A stretch of DNA of 64,000 nt, taken from the NCBI GenBank assembly GCA_951406725.2, contig OX597816.1:52266001-52330000 (forward strand), read 5' to 3'. A program made the position numbers and the translations under genes. Within the stretch, counting starts at the first letter, position 1, and each line of letters begins with the position of its first letter. Origin of the DNA: Octopus vulgaris (Eukaryota). This document shows, one piece after another, positions 51,296 through 64,000 of the stretch. Below the pieces are notes generated by a model. The model made no database searches and was not told the DNA's origin. It saw nothing but the letters and a program-made list of their open reading frames with translations.

Positions 51296-51680
51296 TATAC
51301 TTTTATTTGTTTCAGTCATTTGACTATGGCCATGCTGGAGCACCGCCTTTTAGTCGAGTAAATCGACCCCAGAACTTATTCTTTGTAAGCCTAGTACTTA
51401 TTGTATCGGTCTCTTTTGTCGAACCGCTAAGATACGGGGACGTAAGCACACCAGCATCGGTTGTCAAGCGATGTTTGGGGGGACATACACACACACACTC
51501 ATATATATGCATATACACGATAGGCTTCTTTCAGTTTCCGCTTGCCAAATCCACTCACAAGGCTTTGGTCAGCCCGAGGCTATAGTAGAAGACACTTGCC
51601 CTAGATGCCACGCAGTGGGACTAAACCCGGAACTATGTGGTTGGTAAGCAAGCTACTTACCACACAGCCACTCCTACGCT
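51296..51680 (-). mobile_element. SINE family A, full length
   Basis: High identity to other family A copies. Confidence 0.95.
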
Positions 51681-52167
51681 TATTGCAAACGATTCACACG
51701 TGGATATAAGTTGATATTTTCTGAAATGCATTATTTTTCTCCAGGAATTAATTTTAATAGATTATTAGGTCTTTTAAGGTAATCCATTTCTGAGAATGTA
51801 GTTCCGACTCTCCTACACATATGGTTAAGAAATTAGAAAATATGGTTTACATAATCAACCGAAAAGTAACCAATAACCAGACGTTCAACATGCAAGAAAG
51901 TGCATCCAAATTTGAGTTTTTATTTTAAGGTTTAAATTAAAGGCGGCGTGTTAGATCTGCTCAGTCAGATCTAATATTACACTTAACACACGTACACACA
52001 TGTACACACGCTTTTAAATCTTAAAATATTATTAACCTGATAAAATAACGAATATAGTGAGCAATACAAGTTATGAAATTCATTATAAAGGAAAATATGA
52101 GACGTGTGTGTGTATGTGTGTATATAATCAAATATGATTCGAGTATCTGCTTTTAGATACTAAGAAA

Positions 52168-52169
<2 letters not shown>

Positions 52170-52206
<37 letters not shown>

Positions 52207-52339
52207 ATGTATATATATGTATGTATATGTATATATATGTATGTATATGTATATATATGTATGTATATGTATATATATGTATGTATGTATATATATGTAT
52301 GTATGTATATATATGTATGTATATGTATATATATGTATG

Positions 52340-52436
<97 letters not shown>

Positions 52437-52437
52437 G

Positions 52438-52494
<57 letters not shown>

Positions 52495-52659
52495 GTATAT
52501 ATATGTATGTATATATATATGTATGTATATGTATATATATGTATGTATATGTATATATATGTATGTATATGTATATATATGTATGTATATATATGTATGT
52601 GTATGTATATATATGTATGTATATGTATATATATGTATGTATATGTATGTATGTATATG

Positions 52660-52694
<35 letters not shown>

Positions 52695-52713
52695 GTATAT
52701 ATATATATGTATA

Positions 52714-52746
<33 letters not shown>
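52170..52746. repeat. Long compound (TA)n/(TATG)n microsatellite
   Basis: About 575 bp built only from AT and GT dinucleotides. Confidence 0.98.
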
Positions 52747-52748
<2 letters not shown>

Positions 52749-52976
52749 TCGAATCGATAAAAAGTTTCTTTTTCAAAGGACACACATGAATGTACATTCA
52801 TAAAACACAAGAAACGTAACCATTTAATTCGTTGCAATTTCAAATATTCTTAGTTTGGGAGTTCAATCAGCTGAGAAGAATGTTGCCGAGAAATGTCTTC
52901 TTTATTTCATATTATTGAGTGCTTTTAAAACTTGTTCACTATATCAGTGCTTCACTTCCATACACACATATATATG

Positions 52977-53033
<57 letters not shown>

Positions 53034-53187
53034 TCACGCACATACGGTTGACTTTGGTGATGTAATCGTACTAAACTGAATTAAGAACTCGATATTACAT
53101 ATATTAAAGAAACATAGCATATGTCTCCTTACAACATGGCCAGATGTTTCAACTGTCTTCTCATCGGAGGAGTCTTCTATGTTTATT

Positions 53188-53510
53188 ATAGGATAATAGG
53201 AGGATTCCGTCGGTTGTCGCAGCTGATACGATCAACGGAACAGATTTCTCGTGAAAATAACGTGCAAGTGACTGAGAAAACCACAGACACGTGTACCCCT
53301 AACGTAGTTCTCAGGGAGATTCAGCGTGACAGAGAATGCGACAAGGCTGGCTTATTGAAATACAGGTACAACTCATTTTTGCCAGCTGAGTGGACTGGAG
53401 CAAGGTGAAATAAAGTGTCTTGCTCAAGGACACAACGCGTCGCTGGGAATGGAACTCACGACCTTACAATCGTGAGCCGAATGCCCTAACCACTAAGCCA
53501 CGTGCCTTCC
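53188..53510 (-). mobile_element. SINE family D head with tail 3, 11-bp TSD
   Basis: TSD CTATGTTTATT at 53177-53187 and 53511-53521. Confidence 0.9.
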
Positions 53511-56059
53511 CTATGTTTATTTAATGTATAAAACGAGAGTATTAACAACTAGCAACGTTGTAAGAAAATCACTCACACACGCTCAAACACATGGTGTGTG
53601 TACATATTAAAATACTGCAACATCGTATGCGGCAGTGACGGGTGGGGCTTAAATTATAAATAAGTTTCTTTGCATATATTCAATTTGAAAACAATCTTCG
53701 TTGTTGTTGTTGTTGATGACAGCACTCGGACAACCTTCGACTTTATCTTACCAAGAGGGATTTTTACACGCCATTATTTATAGCTTTATGTGCTAAGAGA
53801 TCTACTGTTCCCAAAATAACCTTCGTTGTGCAAGTAGGCTGTAAACTTAAGTCAAAGTTCCTTCTTTCTGTGTATATCTGTTATTTTCTCTCCTCTATCC
53901 CTCTCTCTTCTCTCTCTCTCAACAGAACGACTCGAAGAACATCATCAACTAGTTCCGCCTAATTATCGTCGACTCATTGGGAGTATCTGCTATATTTTTT
54001 CTACAGAGAAATAAGGCAACTTACATTGTTATAGATAAGACACCAATTTTATGTAGATAGACAGTTTATTGTTTCGTAACGAAAAAAAAACATAGATCTG
54101 GGATGCATCGTTTGAAGATAACTAAAGGGACACTGACAGATCTGGTATCCTTTATTGGTTCACAGTAACTAAAGATGCTTAGGAACACGATGCTGAGATG
54201 AGCATAAGGAAATGGAGGGGAGAGTTTTGCAATGGGCACTGTGTGGAATTAAACAGAAATAGAATAAGAAGTGTAAAGGATTTCTCATAGGAAGTAACTT
54301 CCAAGCCATTCTGATAGAAAGATTGCGTGTAACCCCCACAACTGTACCCTGTTCTTTTTGCCCAAACTGCAGCCGACCCTTTTAATCTTTTGTCAAAATA
54401 ATCTTTACTGTAAATGTGACAGAGATAGTTGACAAGGAACAAGAGTGAATGAGTAAAGTTTGAGATTAGAGAACTTGTGGGCTGTATAATAAACGAAAAC
54501 AACTTTTGCGTCTCGAATAATAATTTTGCTGCAAGAGATACAGTTGTGAATAAAAACCGCCCAATTTATAAGGGTGGGTGATTTTGCCAATGTATTATCA
54601 GTCCATACTACAACCGTAAGATCACGAGCAAATTACTGGTTATGCTGGGATGATTTCAATCACCCAATAATTGTCTCTGGTGGGCAAAGTTTGTTGCCAG
54701 AAATATTTAAGATAGAACTGACAGACATCTAACCAGCCAGTTAACTTAAAGTGTTACAAAATTCAAGAAGCATGGCGTTGCGGGTCGTAATGAAACAGTC
54801 ATTAGACGATACGTATGGTGAGAAGACGATGATGGCTTGATAGAGGTTGTGTTTAGAAATGTCAAAGAAATCTGGAGAATTTTTTAGAGCTTCTTCGAAC
54901 TGATGCATGTCCTCGATACATACATGTAGTTCGAAGGATGGTAAAGGAAATAAAATGTATCTAAAGATTGGGGAAGATAAGTTTGAACCAAAGTAACTGG
55001 AAGCTTTTGTTGCTGTTACCTAAGTGAAAGAAGTGAGTGACTAGGAACTGTAACCTGAATAACAGAGATGGACAATAGATTCGTTAAGTGGTGAGAAATT
55101 AATTTCAGAAAAGAACAGATTCTGTATTATGTGCGGGGTCCCGGTTAGACCGCAAGTGACTTCACTCGGAAGTAGCTGACTGGGTTTTTATATATATTTC
55201 CGACTGACAAGTAATTTTTATCGAATCCTGATATTTCAGAAGACCTAAGTGTAATAATAGCTCTTAGTCTGGCCGTGATACTGAGACTTGCGTATCCTTA
55301 CAACCCCAAGAGCTATACTGGTGCGCTTTTTACGCCTGGTAAGTCTAACAAAGTCGAGCCCTGTAAAGGATCGTAAGTACTGCTCTTCTTTACCAACAAA
55401 AATGGTAAAAACAAAAAAGGAATCTTGCAACATTTTGACTATTACAATAAAACTATAAAAGCTGTAAGTCTACGAAGAAGAAAGAAATCTATACTTTGAA
55501 AAAGATGTTCAAAGGGAGGTAATTCCTGATATTCCACCTGTAGTTGCTCTTTACTTCTGCGTCATTTCTTTTGATATGAATTGATAATTTCTATTTTAAT
55601 CTTTATAATACAAGCAGTGTAAAGGTACATGATGCACTAGACAGAATTCGAGTCGCTAACCTAATGTCATGGGTTCGATTTCTGGATCGGGTGGTGAGTT
55701 GTTTCTTTAAGCAAAGCACTTCTTTTCACGTAATTGCAGTCTACTCGGACGTTTACTAGCCGAGTGTTGGTGTCTTCTTCTTCCATTCAGGACTCACGCC
55801 AATGGCCACAAAGAATAATCTCTAATTCGAGCCTACTCTAGGCTACTAAGAATGCGTGCGGCAACTTGAAGATCCACCCACCACACGCGATAGACTGACG
55901 GTTGCACGGGCGCGAAAGCTACGTTGTTATCCTCATTCCGTAAACGGTGGCTTTTAACGAGTGGAGAGCTGAACCATCCTGGGGTACAGAAGATTCGCAA
56001 TCTAGACTAGGGTCTGAAAGTTTACCACACTATGGTGGGTTACACCATTGTTCATCTGC

Positions 56060-56215
56060 TTTGTGGTAGAAGTAGGAAGAAAGAGAGAGAGAAAGTTGTG
56101 GTGAAAGAGTACAGCAGGGTTCACCACTACCTCCGCCGGGGCCACGTGGAGCTTCTTACAACCGTTCTTACAACCGCGAGTCCGCTGCCCTAACCACTGG
56201 GCCATTGCGCCTCCA
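56060..56215 (-). mobile_element. SINE family C fragment
   Basis: Matches 33410-33600 with a deletion. Confidence 0.85.
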
Positions 56216-56409
56216 CAGTGTCGGTGTTGCACTCTTGCAGCCAGAGGTCACATCCTGGATGTGCCGCTGAGTCAAATACTGAGAGAACCAGTAGTGTATC
56301 TGTTTACTCACGACTTCAAAAGCACTTAAAATATTTAACGAAAGTGTGGAACATGTTACCAGGCCATAATCGTTCGTGAGTGACAGGTGGATCTAATAAT
56401 CCTCGTTAT

Positions 56410-57286
56410 TCACACGAGGCCTGAAATTTTCGCGGGAGGGGGCAAGTCGATTACGTTGACCCTCACTGCTCAACTAGTACTTTTTTCATCGACCCTAAAA
56501 TAATAAATGGCAAAGTCAACCTCGACAGAATTTGAAATCAGAACCTAAAGCCGGATAATTTTTCTGACGTGATAACAATTCTGCCAGCTCACAACCTTGG
56601 GTGGTACTAACAATACAAGCACAAGGTTTGAGAGTATGTAGTTGGGAGTTGGTGACTAAATCGACCCCATTATTTGACTGATACTTTATCTTATCGACTC
56701 AAAAGGACGGGATTTAAACTCAGAAAGTAAAGAGCCGGAACAAAGAAAGCAAAGCGTTTTTTTCCGATGCCGTAGCGATTCTGGTCATATCTAACGATTC
56801 TGCCATTCAAAACAATAATGATGATAATAATTATTTCGTGTATTAGCTACAAGGATCCAAGATGTTGAGGTCAGTACAATGGCGAAAATGACACAATGGG
56901 GGTTTATATAAAGTTTAAAAAATGGGCGAAATCAACAAAAAAATATCAATAAATATTAATAAAATTCCAACAAAAAAACTATCACAAAAGATGAGGACAA
57001 CCTGATGTAATTTGGAAAAAAAAACCACCAGATCAAAGACCTAAATTATACTACCACACCTAAATCTCCAAAGTTTTCTCTCCCATATTCTTAGATCCAG
57101 GTAATTTGGGGGAGAGGGACAGACGATTACATCAACTCCGGCACTCCACTGGTACCTATGTTATCGACCCGAAAGGATAAAAGCAAAGTCGGCCTCGGCG
57201 GAATTTGAACTCGGAACCTAAGGACGGACGAAATGCCGCTAAGTATTTTGCCCGGTGTACTAACGATTCTTCCAGCTTGCCGCCCT
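56410..57286 (-). mobile_element. Cluster of three SINE family B-related copies
   Basis: Cores at about 56440-56595, 56640-56805 and 57100-57286. Confidence 0.8.
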
Positions 57287-57807
57287 AATAATAATACTAA
57301 TAATGCTAAAATATATTTTTAGCGCGCTGTTGTTTTTGCTTTCAAAAAAATATGTTAGCAAAACAACTTTTTGGTCGGAAAAGCTTGTAATGATAAACTC
57401 ACCCTCGAGCCTACATTCTCATGAGGTGGCAACTTTGCCGGATTTTCAAGATATTTTAGGCTGAGCGTACAAGACTTGTTCCTGCACGGGGATTCAGTCT
57501 TTCACCAGGTTAACCCCTAGATGCTACTGATACTTATTTTCAGTGGAGTATACAGAAGTAACATGAAATGAAGTGTCTTAGACAGGGACACAACGCACCG
57601 GCCCATTCGAGAATCGACCCCTCAACTTAGTGGCCGAAACCAACGCCCTAGCCACTAAGCCACGTGCCTTCACACTATCATAAACTAACTATATTATTAG
57701 CCATAGTCCTACGTACCTCAGTGTTCAAAATGACTCGCGTTCCCGCCCTCCGCTTGAACAACACAGAGCTAAGTCCCTCAAAATCAATTTCCAATGATTT
57801 CTCATAC

Positions 57808-58800
57808 TCTTTTACTTGTTTCAGTCATTTGACTGCGGCCATACTGGAGTACCGCCTTTAGTCGAGCAAATCGACCCCCAAGACATTCTTTGTAAGCCTA
57901 GTACTTATTCTATCTGTCTGTTTTACCGAACCGCTAAGTTATGGGGACGCAAACACACCAGCATCGGTTGTCAAGCGATGTTGGACACACACACACATAT
58001 ATACAACGGGCTTCTTTCAGTTTCCGTCTACCAAATCTTCTGGGCCTAAAAAAGCATCATGGGCGCTAATGGATTAATAACGTGTGTGTGTGTGTGTGTA
58101 ATAAAATACATTGAGAAAATGCTGAGACCGAAAGCATTTTAACGGATATTATAACTGTATCTACAGGATCACGACCAAATTCTTTAGGCCACGCAAATTC
58201 AGCTAGGCGCAGGAGTGGCTGTGTGGTAAGTAGCTTGCTTACCAAACCACATGGTTCCGAGTTCATTCCCACTGCTTGGCACCTTGGGCAAGTGTCTTCT
58301 ACTATAGCCTCGGGCCGACCAAAGCTTTGTGAGTGGATTTGGTAGACGGAAACTGAAAGAAGCCCATCGTATATATGTATATGCATATATATGTGTGTTT
58401 GTGTCTGTGTTTGTCCCCACAACATCGCTTGACAACCGATGCTGGTGTGTTTACATCTCCGTAACTTAGCGGTTCGGCAAAAGAGACCGATAGAATAAGT
58501 ACTAAGCTTACAAAGAATAAGTCCTGGGGTCGATTTGCTCGACTAAAGGCGGTGCTCCAGCATGGCCGCAGTCAAATGACAAACAAGTAAAAGAGTAAAG
58601 AGTATATGATTTTTATTAGCTTTTATTTGTCTGCCATTAGACTGCGACCAAGCTGGAGCACCAAAAGAAGTTTAGTTGAACGAATCGAACCTGAGTTACT
58701 TTTTGTAAGCCTGGTACTTATTCTATCGGTGATCTTTGCCGAACCGCTAGTTTATGGAAACATAAATACACAAACACCGGTTATCAAGCGTTGATAGAAG

Positions 58801-58834
<34 letters not shown>

Positions 58835-58838
58835 ACAT

Positions 58839-58891
<53 letters not shown>

Positions 58892-59050
58892 GGTCGAGCT
58901 TCTTTCAGTTTCCGTTTACTGAGTCCACTCAAAGCTTTGGATGGCCCGAGACTTTAGCGGAAGACTGCTGCCCAAGGTGTCTCGCAGTGGGACTGAACCC
59001 GGAACCATGTAACTGGAGAGCTAACTTCTCATCACACAACTACACTTGCA
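57808..59050. mobile_element. Three SINE family A copies in -, +, - orientation
   Basis: 57808-58037 (-, partial), 58206-58603 (+), 58620-59050 (-). Confidence 0.93.
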
Positions 59051-59809
59051 CTTCCACACAACCACCACACATGCATTTACATTCTAAAGTCAATATTTTA
59101 TCGTGTAGCCAACCACGGCCATTAAAACATTGACTTGCGTGCTAATGACGCAGATGCGTAGTCATTGAGGCTGTTTTTAGTTCTGTAAGCACTTAAAAAA
59201 CAAAAAAGAAGACTATGACCATCAATGAGTGTGAAAAAAAAAATAGCAATCATTAATCGTAAAGAAGAACGATTCATGTGTGCATAGTGCAAGGTAGATA
59301 ACTATAAAGAAAATTTACTGAATTATCTCCCTTAGATAAAATAAGTGATGCATATCGCCTCTTGCTAATTTTTTTTATTAATTCTGACTAATTTGTGAAA
59401 ATATAGAAAAGGGAAAGAAAATAAAAGCTGAACATTGATTTTATATCGATTTTTGTTCCGCTTTGCCATTAGTTCAATCCTCAACAGGGAGAGAATGTTG
59501 CTGTTTCTTATTCACTGGAAAATAAATATACGTAGCTTTGACATGAAGACAAATTATATGTAATATGAAGACAAATTATATGCAGAGAAGTGACCGATTA
59601 GATCCCAGGTTACAGGTTCAGTCCCCTTACACGGCTCCTTGAGCAAGTGTTTTTTATTATAGACTGCGTTTGATAGATGTTTTAAGAAGGAGTTAGTGTT
59701 GATGGCGAAAGCAGACTGTGCTAAATCCCATGTTGTGTGTGGAAGGAGTGAAGACGTTAAGATGTGTGTATGTGTGAGCTGAGAGAATTTTGTTGGTTTT
59801 TATTTTTTA

Positions 59810-60178
59810 CCTTTTTGTTTCGGGCATTAGACTGCGGCCATGCTGGGGCACCGTCTTAAAGAAATTTTAGTCAAATCGATCAAACCTTGTACTTAATTCT
59901 GTTAAGCCTGGTACATATTTTGTCAGCTTCTTTTGCCGAATTGCTTAGTTACAAGGACATAATCACCAACACTGGTTGTGGAATGGTAGTCATAGAACAC
60001 ACACACACACACACACACACAACGGGCTTGTTTCAGTCGACCAAATCCACGCACAAGGTTTTGGTCAGCTCAATACTGTTTTAGAGGATCTTTGCCCAAG
60101 ATTCTACACTCTGGGACTAAATCCAGAATTATATGGTTGGGAAACAAACCTCTTACCACAGAGCTACACCTGTGCCTA
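59810..60178 (-). mobile_element. Diverged SINE family A copy
   Basis: Colinear with family A; shares private variants with 63680-63890. Confidence 0.85.
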
Positions 60179-60233
60179 TATGTAAATGAAACAGTAACTT
60201 AACCAGTCAAAAAAAACAAAATTTTTTTTTTTC

Positions 60234-60420
60234 AGGTGCAGGAGTGGCTGTGTGGTAAGTAGCTTGCTTACCAAACACATGGTCCCGGGTTCCTTCCCAC
60301 TGTGTAGCACCTTGGGCAAGTGTCTTCTACTATAGCCTTGGGCCAACCAAGGCGTTGTGAGTTGATTTGGTAGATGGAAACTGGAAGAAGCCCATCGTAT
60401 AAGTATGTAAATATATATAT

Positions 60421-60470
<50 letters not shown>

Positions 60471-60911
60471 GGCACGTAAAATGCACCATCCGATCGTGGC
60501 TGTTTGCCAGCCTCGTCTGGCACGTAAAAAGCACCCACTACACTCACAGTGGTTGGCGTTAGGAAGGGCATCCAGCTGTAGAAACACTGCCAGATCAGAC
60601 TGGGCCTTGTGCAACTTCTGGCTTCCCAGACCCCAGCTGAACCGTCCAACCCATGCCAGCATGGAAAGCGGACATTAAACGATGATGATGATGTATATAT
60701 GTGTTTGTGTGTCTGTTTGTCCCCCCAGCATTGCTTAACAACCGATGCTGGTGTGTTTAATTTCCCGTAACTTAGTAGTTCGGCAAAAGAGACTGATAGA
60801 ATAAGTACTAGGGTATCAAAGAATAAGCTCTGGGGTCAATTTGCTCGACTGTAAAGGCAGTGCTCCAGCATGGCCACAGTCAAATGACTGAAACAGGTAA
60901 AAGAGTAAAGA
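60234..60911 (+). mobile_element. SINE family A with a family E fragment (60470-60693) nested in its microsatellite
   Basis: A head, then (CA)n(TA)n, E fragment with (GAT)n tail, then the A tail. Confidence 0.92.
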
Positions 60912-61158
60912 CGCCAATCTGAAATAAGCAAGGAGGCGCAATCTAATTGATTAAAGCATTCTGAAGGGGATATCTCAGCATGACCAAAGTCCTGTGACTG
61001 CAGGCTAAATGAATATGTGTTATTTTACTGGGCTGGTAGAATATCGTTGAGCATTGAACTAAGAATTTGTTGCTAGTTTAATAGGTGTTTGATGGTTGGT
61101 ATTGAGTTTAGCTGTGTGTTTTCCCATAAACAAACCAGTTGTGAACATATCTGAAGTA

Positions 61159-61725
61159 TTGGGTTGTCCGGAAAGTTCGTGCCAATTTATAGTAGCTTAC
61201 CTTTAGATTTATTTTAGAACATAGTTGAGTCCATGAAATAGGATTTGACTACACCTCCATTTAGAGCACAGTTTAAGCTATCTTTTTGTGGAAGAACGTT
61301 TATGTTCCTATAACCTGTGTTAATTCTGTAACCCTATAAAATGGAAGATAAGAAAGTTCATTTTCGGCACTTGATGCTTTGGGAACCAGATAAAATTTGC
61401 TGCAGCTTGGCTGGGATCTGTTACCCCACTCTCCATATTCACCAGATGTTGCTCCTTTGGATTTCCACTTATTTTGGTCTCTGCAGAATAAGTCTTAATG
61501 GTAAAAATTTCAATTCCTTGGATGACGTAAAAAGATACTTCGATGAATTCTTTGCCATGAAACCACCTCAATTCTGGGAAGAGGGTATTTTCAAGTTAAA
61601 GGAAAGATGGAGACGCATTGTGCAACAAAATGTTTCATATTTGGTTGATTAAAAATGTAATGGCAAGTATTTATTGACCTTTTTCTTTCCTTTAAAAATC
61701 GGCACGAACTTTCAAGAAAACTCAA
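61159..61725 (+). mobile_element. Internally deleted mariner
   Basis: TIRs TTG.GTT.TC..GAAAGTTCGTGCC with TA flanks; N-terminus MEDKKVHFRHLMLWE joined to PYSPD.AP.DFHLF (shifted frame) and FWEEGIFKLKERWRRIV. Confidence 0.92.
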
Positions 61726-62061
61726 TATTTTATCAAAGTAATTACAATATGTACATAATTACATCAACATTTACCAGTAGCAAAATGTAGTGTGCTTGAA
61801 TATAGTTGTAATAATCAGAACTATTAACAAATGAAGATTATATTTGTGTCAGATATAATGCTGTCCATCCAAGTCAAAGAACTCTGAGGCTGAACTACAA
61901 CCAAGGAAAGCCTGTCAAAGGGCTCGTTGCATGTACTTACAAAGTGAGCTGCTCTTTCTGGTTTACTTTTGGCAAGAGGTGAATATCTGTGTTCCCCAGT
62001 GGCTTCCTCAACCTCTGTACTGATTCTGGCATGCTTTTGCTCTTATAACCCCTTTGACATA

Positions 62062-62290
62062 CTCTTTTACTTGTTTCAGTCATTTGACTGTGGCCATGCT
62101 GGAGCACCACCTTTAGTCGAGCAAATCGACCCCAGGACTTATTCTTTGTAAGCCTGGTATTCATTCTCTTGGCCTCTTTTACTGAACTGCTAAGTTACGG
62201 GGACGTAAACACACCAGCATTGGTTGTCAAGCGATGTTGGGGAGACAGACACACAAACATGTACACTCACATACATACATACATATATAT
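62062..62290 (-). mobile_element. SINE family A 3' half
   Basis: Tail and core match family A. Confidence 0.9.
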
Positions 62291-62889
62291 CATATCGCAT
62301 CGCAATCACCCGTCGCCGCTCGCCCGAACGGGCAAGTTCGCCACGAAACCCCGAGAGAGGAGAGATACAACAACAACAGAGGCAACCGAGAGAGGAGAGA
62401 TACAAAATGGCAAGGCAACAACTGGCTTACATTTAACAACTAGTTTATATGACAATCAATTGTTACATCAAAGCATTTAAAGGAAACAACAAATCAATAC
62501 AGGTATACAACAGATCAAAGCATTTAACAACATGCAGATACAATATAACAGTCCGGTAACGACACAACAAGGTCAATATATCAGCATTTCAAAGGTACAC
62601 GTCCGAAGACACAGTTCTTTTCCAAATCACATCAACAGATAACGTTCACAGTTCTTTAAAGTCTTTTCCTACTTTCTTTTGTAATATGTATCAACACAAT
62701 TCTATATGTAATATGTATCAACAAAATCTATAAGGCCATAGATATCACAGCAAGAGACTCCACCTCCTTTCTCATCTTCCCCTCTCCCCCATCTTTTCAA
62801 GTCGTTTACCAACTTCCTGATCTCCATCAACTTTGTCTTTATCCACTTCCTTGTTATTGCTCAGTCACTCCCTTCATGGTCTTTATGTA

Positions 62890-63136
62890 TGGCACGTAAA
62901 AAGCACCATCCGATCGTGGCCGTTTGCCAGGTTCGTCTGGCACCTGTGCCAGCGGCACGTAAAAAGCACCCACTACACTCACGGAGTGGTTGGCGTTAGG
63001 AAGGGCATCCAGCTGTAGAAACACTGCCAGATCAGACTGGGCCTGGTGCAGCCTTCTGGCTTCCCAGACCCCAGCTGAACCGTCCAACCCATGCCAGCAT
63101 GGAAAGCGGACATTAAACAATGATGATGATGATGAT
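62890..63136 (+). mobile_element. Retroposon family E, 5' truncated
   Basis: Near-identical to 47840-48078. Confidence 0.9.
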
Positions 63137-63499
63137 TCAGGCTATGTATATGCTTGAAGGTGTTCATTAGTGATAGAGTATCAATGTATTGTGTTACATG
63201 ACTAGCCATTTCCTTTTACATCTTTTGAAAGTTGACTGAATTGCAGTCTCCCCATCAATTTCCTTCTAACACTGTTTATTTGTTAGTTGTGTCAAATGCA
63301 AATTACCTTTGCATAATCTTTCATTTTAAAACTCATAAAAAGCACTTGAAATAATTATTTATTCTTAAATAACTTTTTTATTATTATTCTAACTTTTCTC
63401 TCTCTCTCTCTCTCACTCTCTCTCAGCATGCACTTTCGATTTTCATTGCTTCTCTTTGACTCATTACTAATTTCATTCTCTCTCTTTTACCATCTCTGG

Positions 63500-63892
63500 C
63501 AAAGTGCACTGAAACCTGGGCACCACATTCAACAAGCTCCTTATTCTTTCACACTAGTTTCAGTCATAGGACTTGAAACTTCGCTGGATCACCACCTTCG
63601 ACCCCAGTACTTATTTTAAGTCTGGTGTCTATTCTATCAGACTCTTTTGCCAATCTGCTAGGTTATAGGTTTTCTGGCATGCTTAGTTACAAGGACATAA
63701 TCACCAACACTGGTTGTCAAGTGGTATTCGTAGAACACACATGCACACACACACACACAACAGGCTTGTTTCAGTTGACCAAATCCACACCCAAGGTTTT
63801 GGTCAGCTCAATACTATTATAGAGGACCTTCGCCCAAGATTCCACACTATGGGACTAAACCCAGAATCATATGGTTGGGAAACAAACTTCTT
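63500..63892 (-). mobile_element. Diverged SINE family A copy
   Basis: Matches 59810-60178. Confidence 0.8.
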
Positions 63893-64000
63893 ATTTCTTT
63901 ATTGCCCACAAGGGGCTAAACATAGAGGGGACAAACAAGGACAGACAAAGAGATTAAGTCGATTACATCAACCCCAGTGCGTAACTGGTACTTAATTTAT
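63893..64000 (-). mobile_element. SINE family B 3' part, running off the window
   Basis: TTTCTTTATTGCCCACAAGGGGCTAAACATAGAGGGGACAAAC. Confidence 0.92.

Overview
AT-rich, repeat-saturated eukaryotic non-genic DNA (intergenic or intronic). From recall, the SINE families match octopus/coleoid cephalopod repeats; I did not verify this by search. I could not support any intact host gene. Most ORFs in the supplied track are (AT)n/(AC)n/(ACAT)n microsatellite or SINE artefacts. The supportable content is: many tRNA-derived SINE copies in about five families, often nested and several with clear TSDs; CR1-group, RTE and L1/Tx1 LINE fragments; Penelope-like element (PLE) fragments; a full-length decayed DD34D mariner, a deleted mariner and a mariner MITE; two DD37D (maT) relics; Helitron pieces; long inverted repeats; and mini- and microsatellites. 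The most notable signals are: (i) at least four minimal hammerhead ribozyme motifs in short PLE-related inserts, most sitting in (TA)n tracts and one downstream of a tRNA-like Pol III cassette; (ii) a twister-like motif at the 5' end of a non-autonomous RTE derivative; (iii) two LINE-SINE pairs sharing 3' tails, one with compensatory changes in the terminal hairpin.
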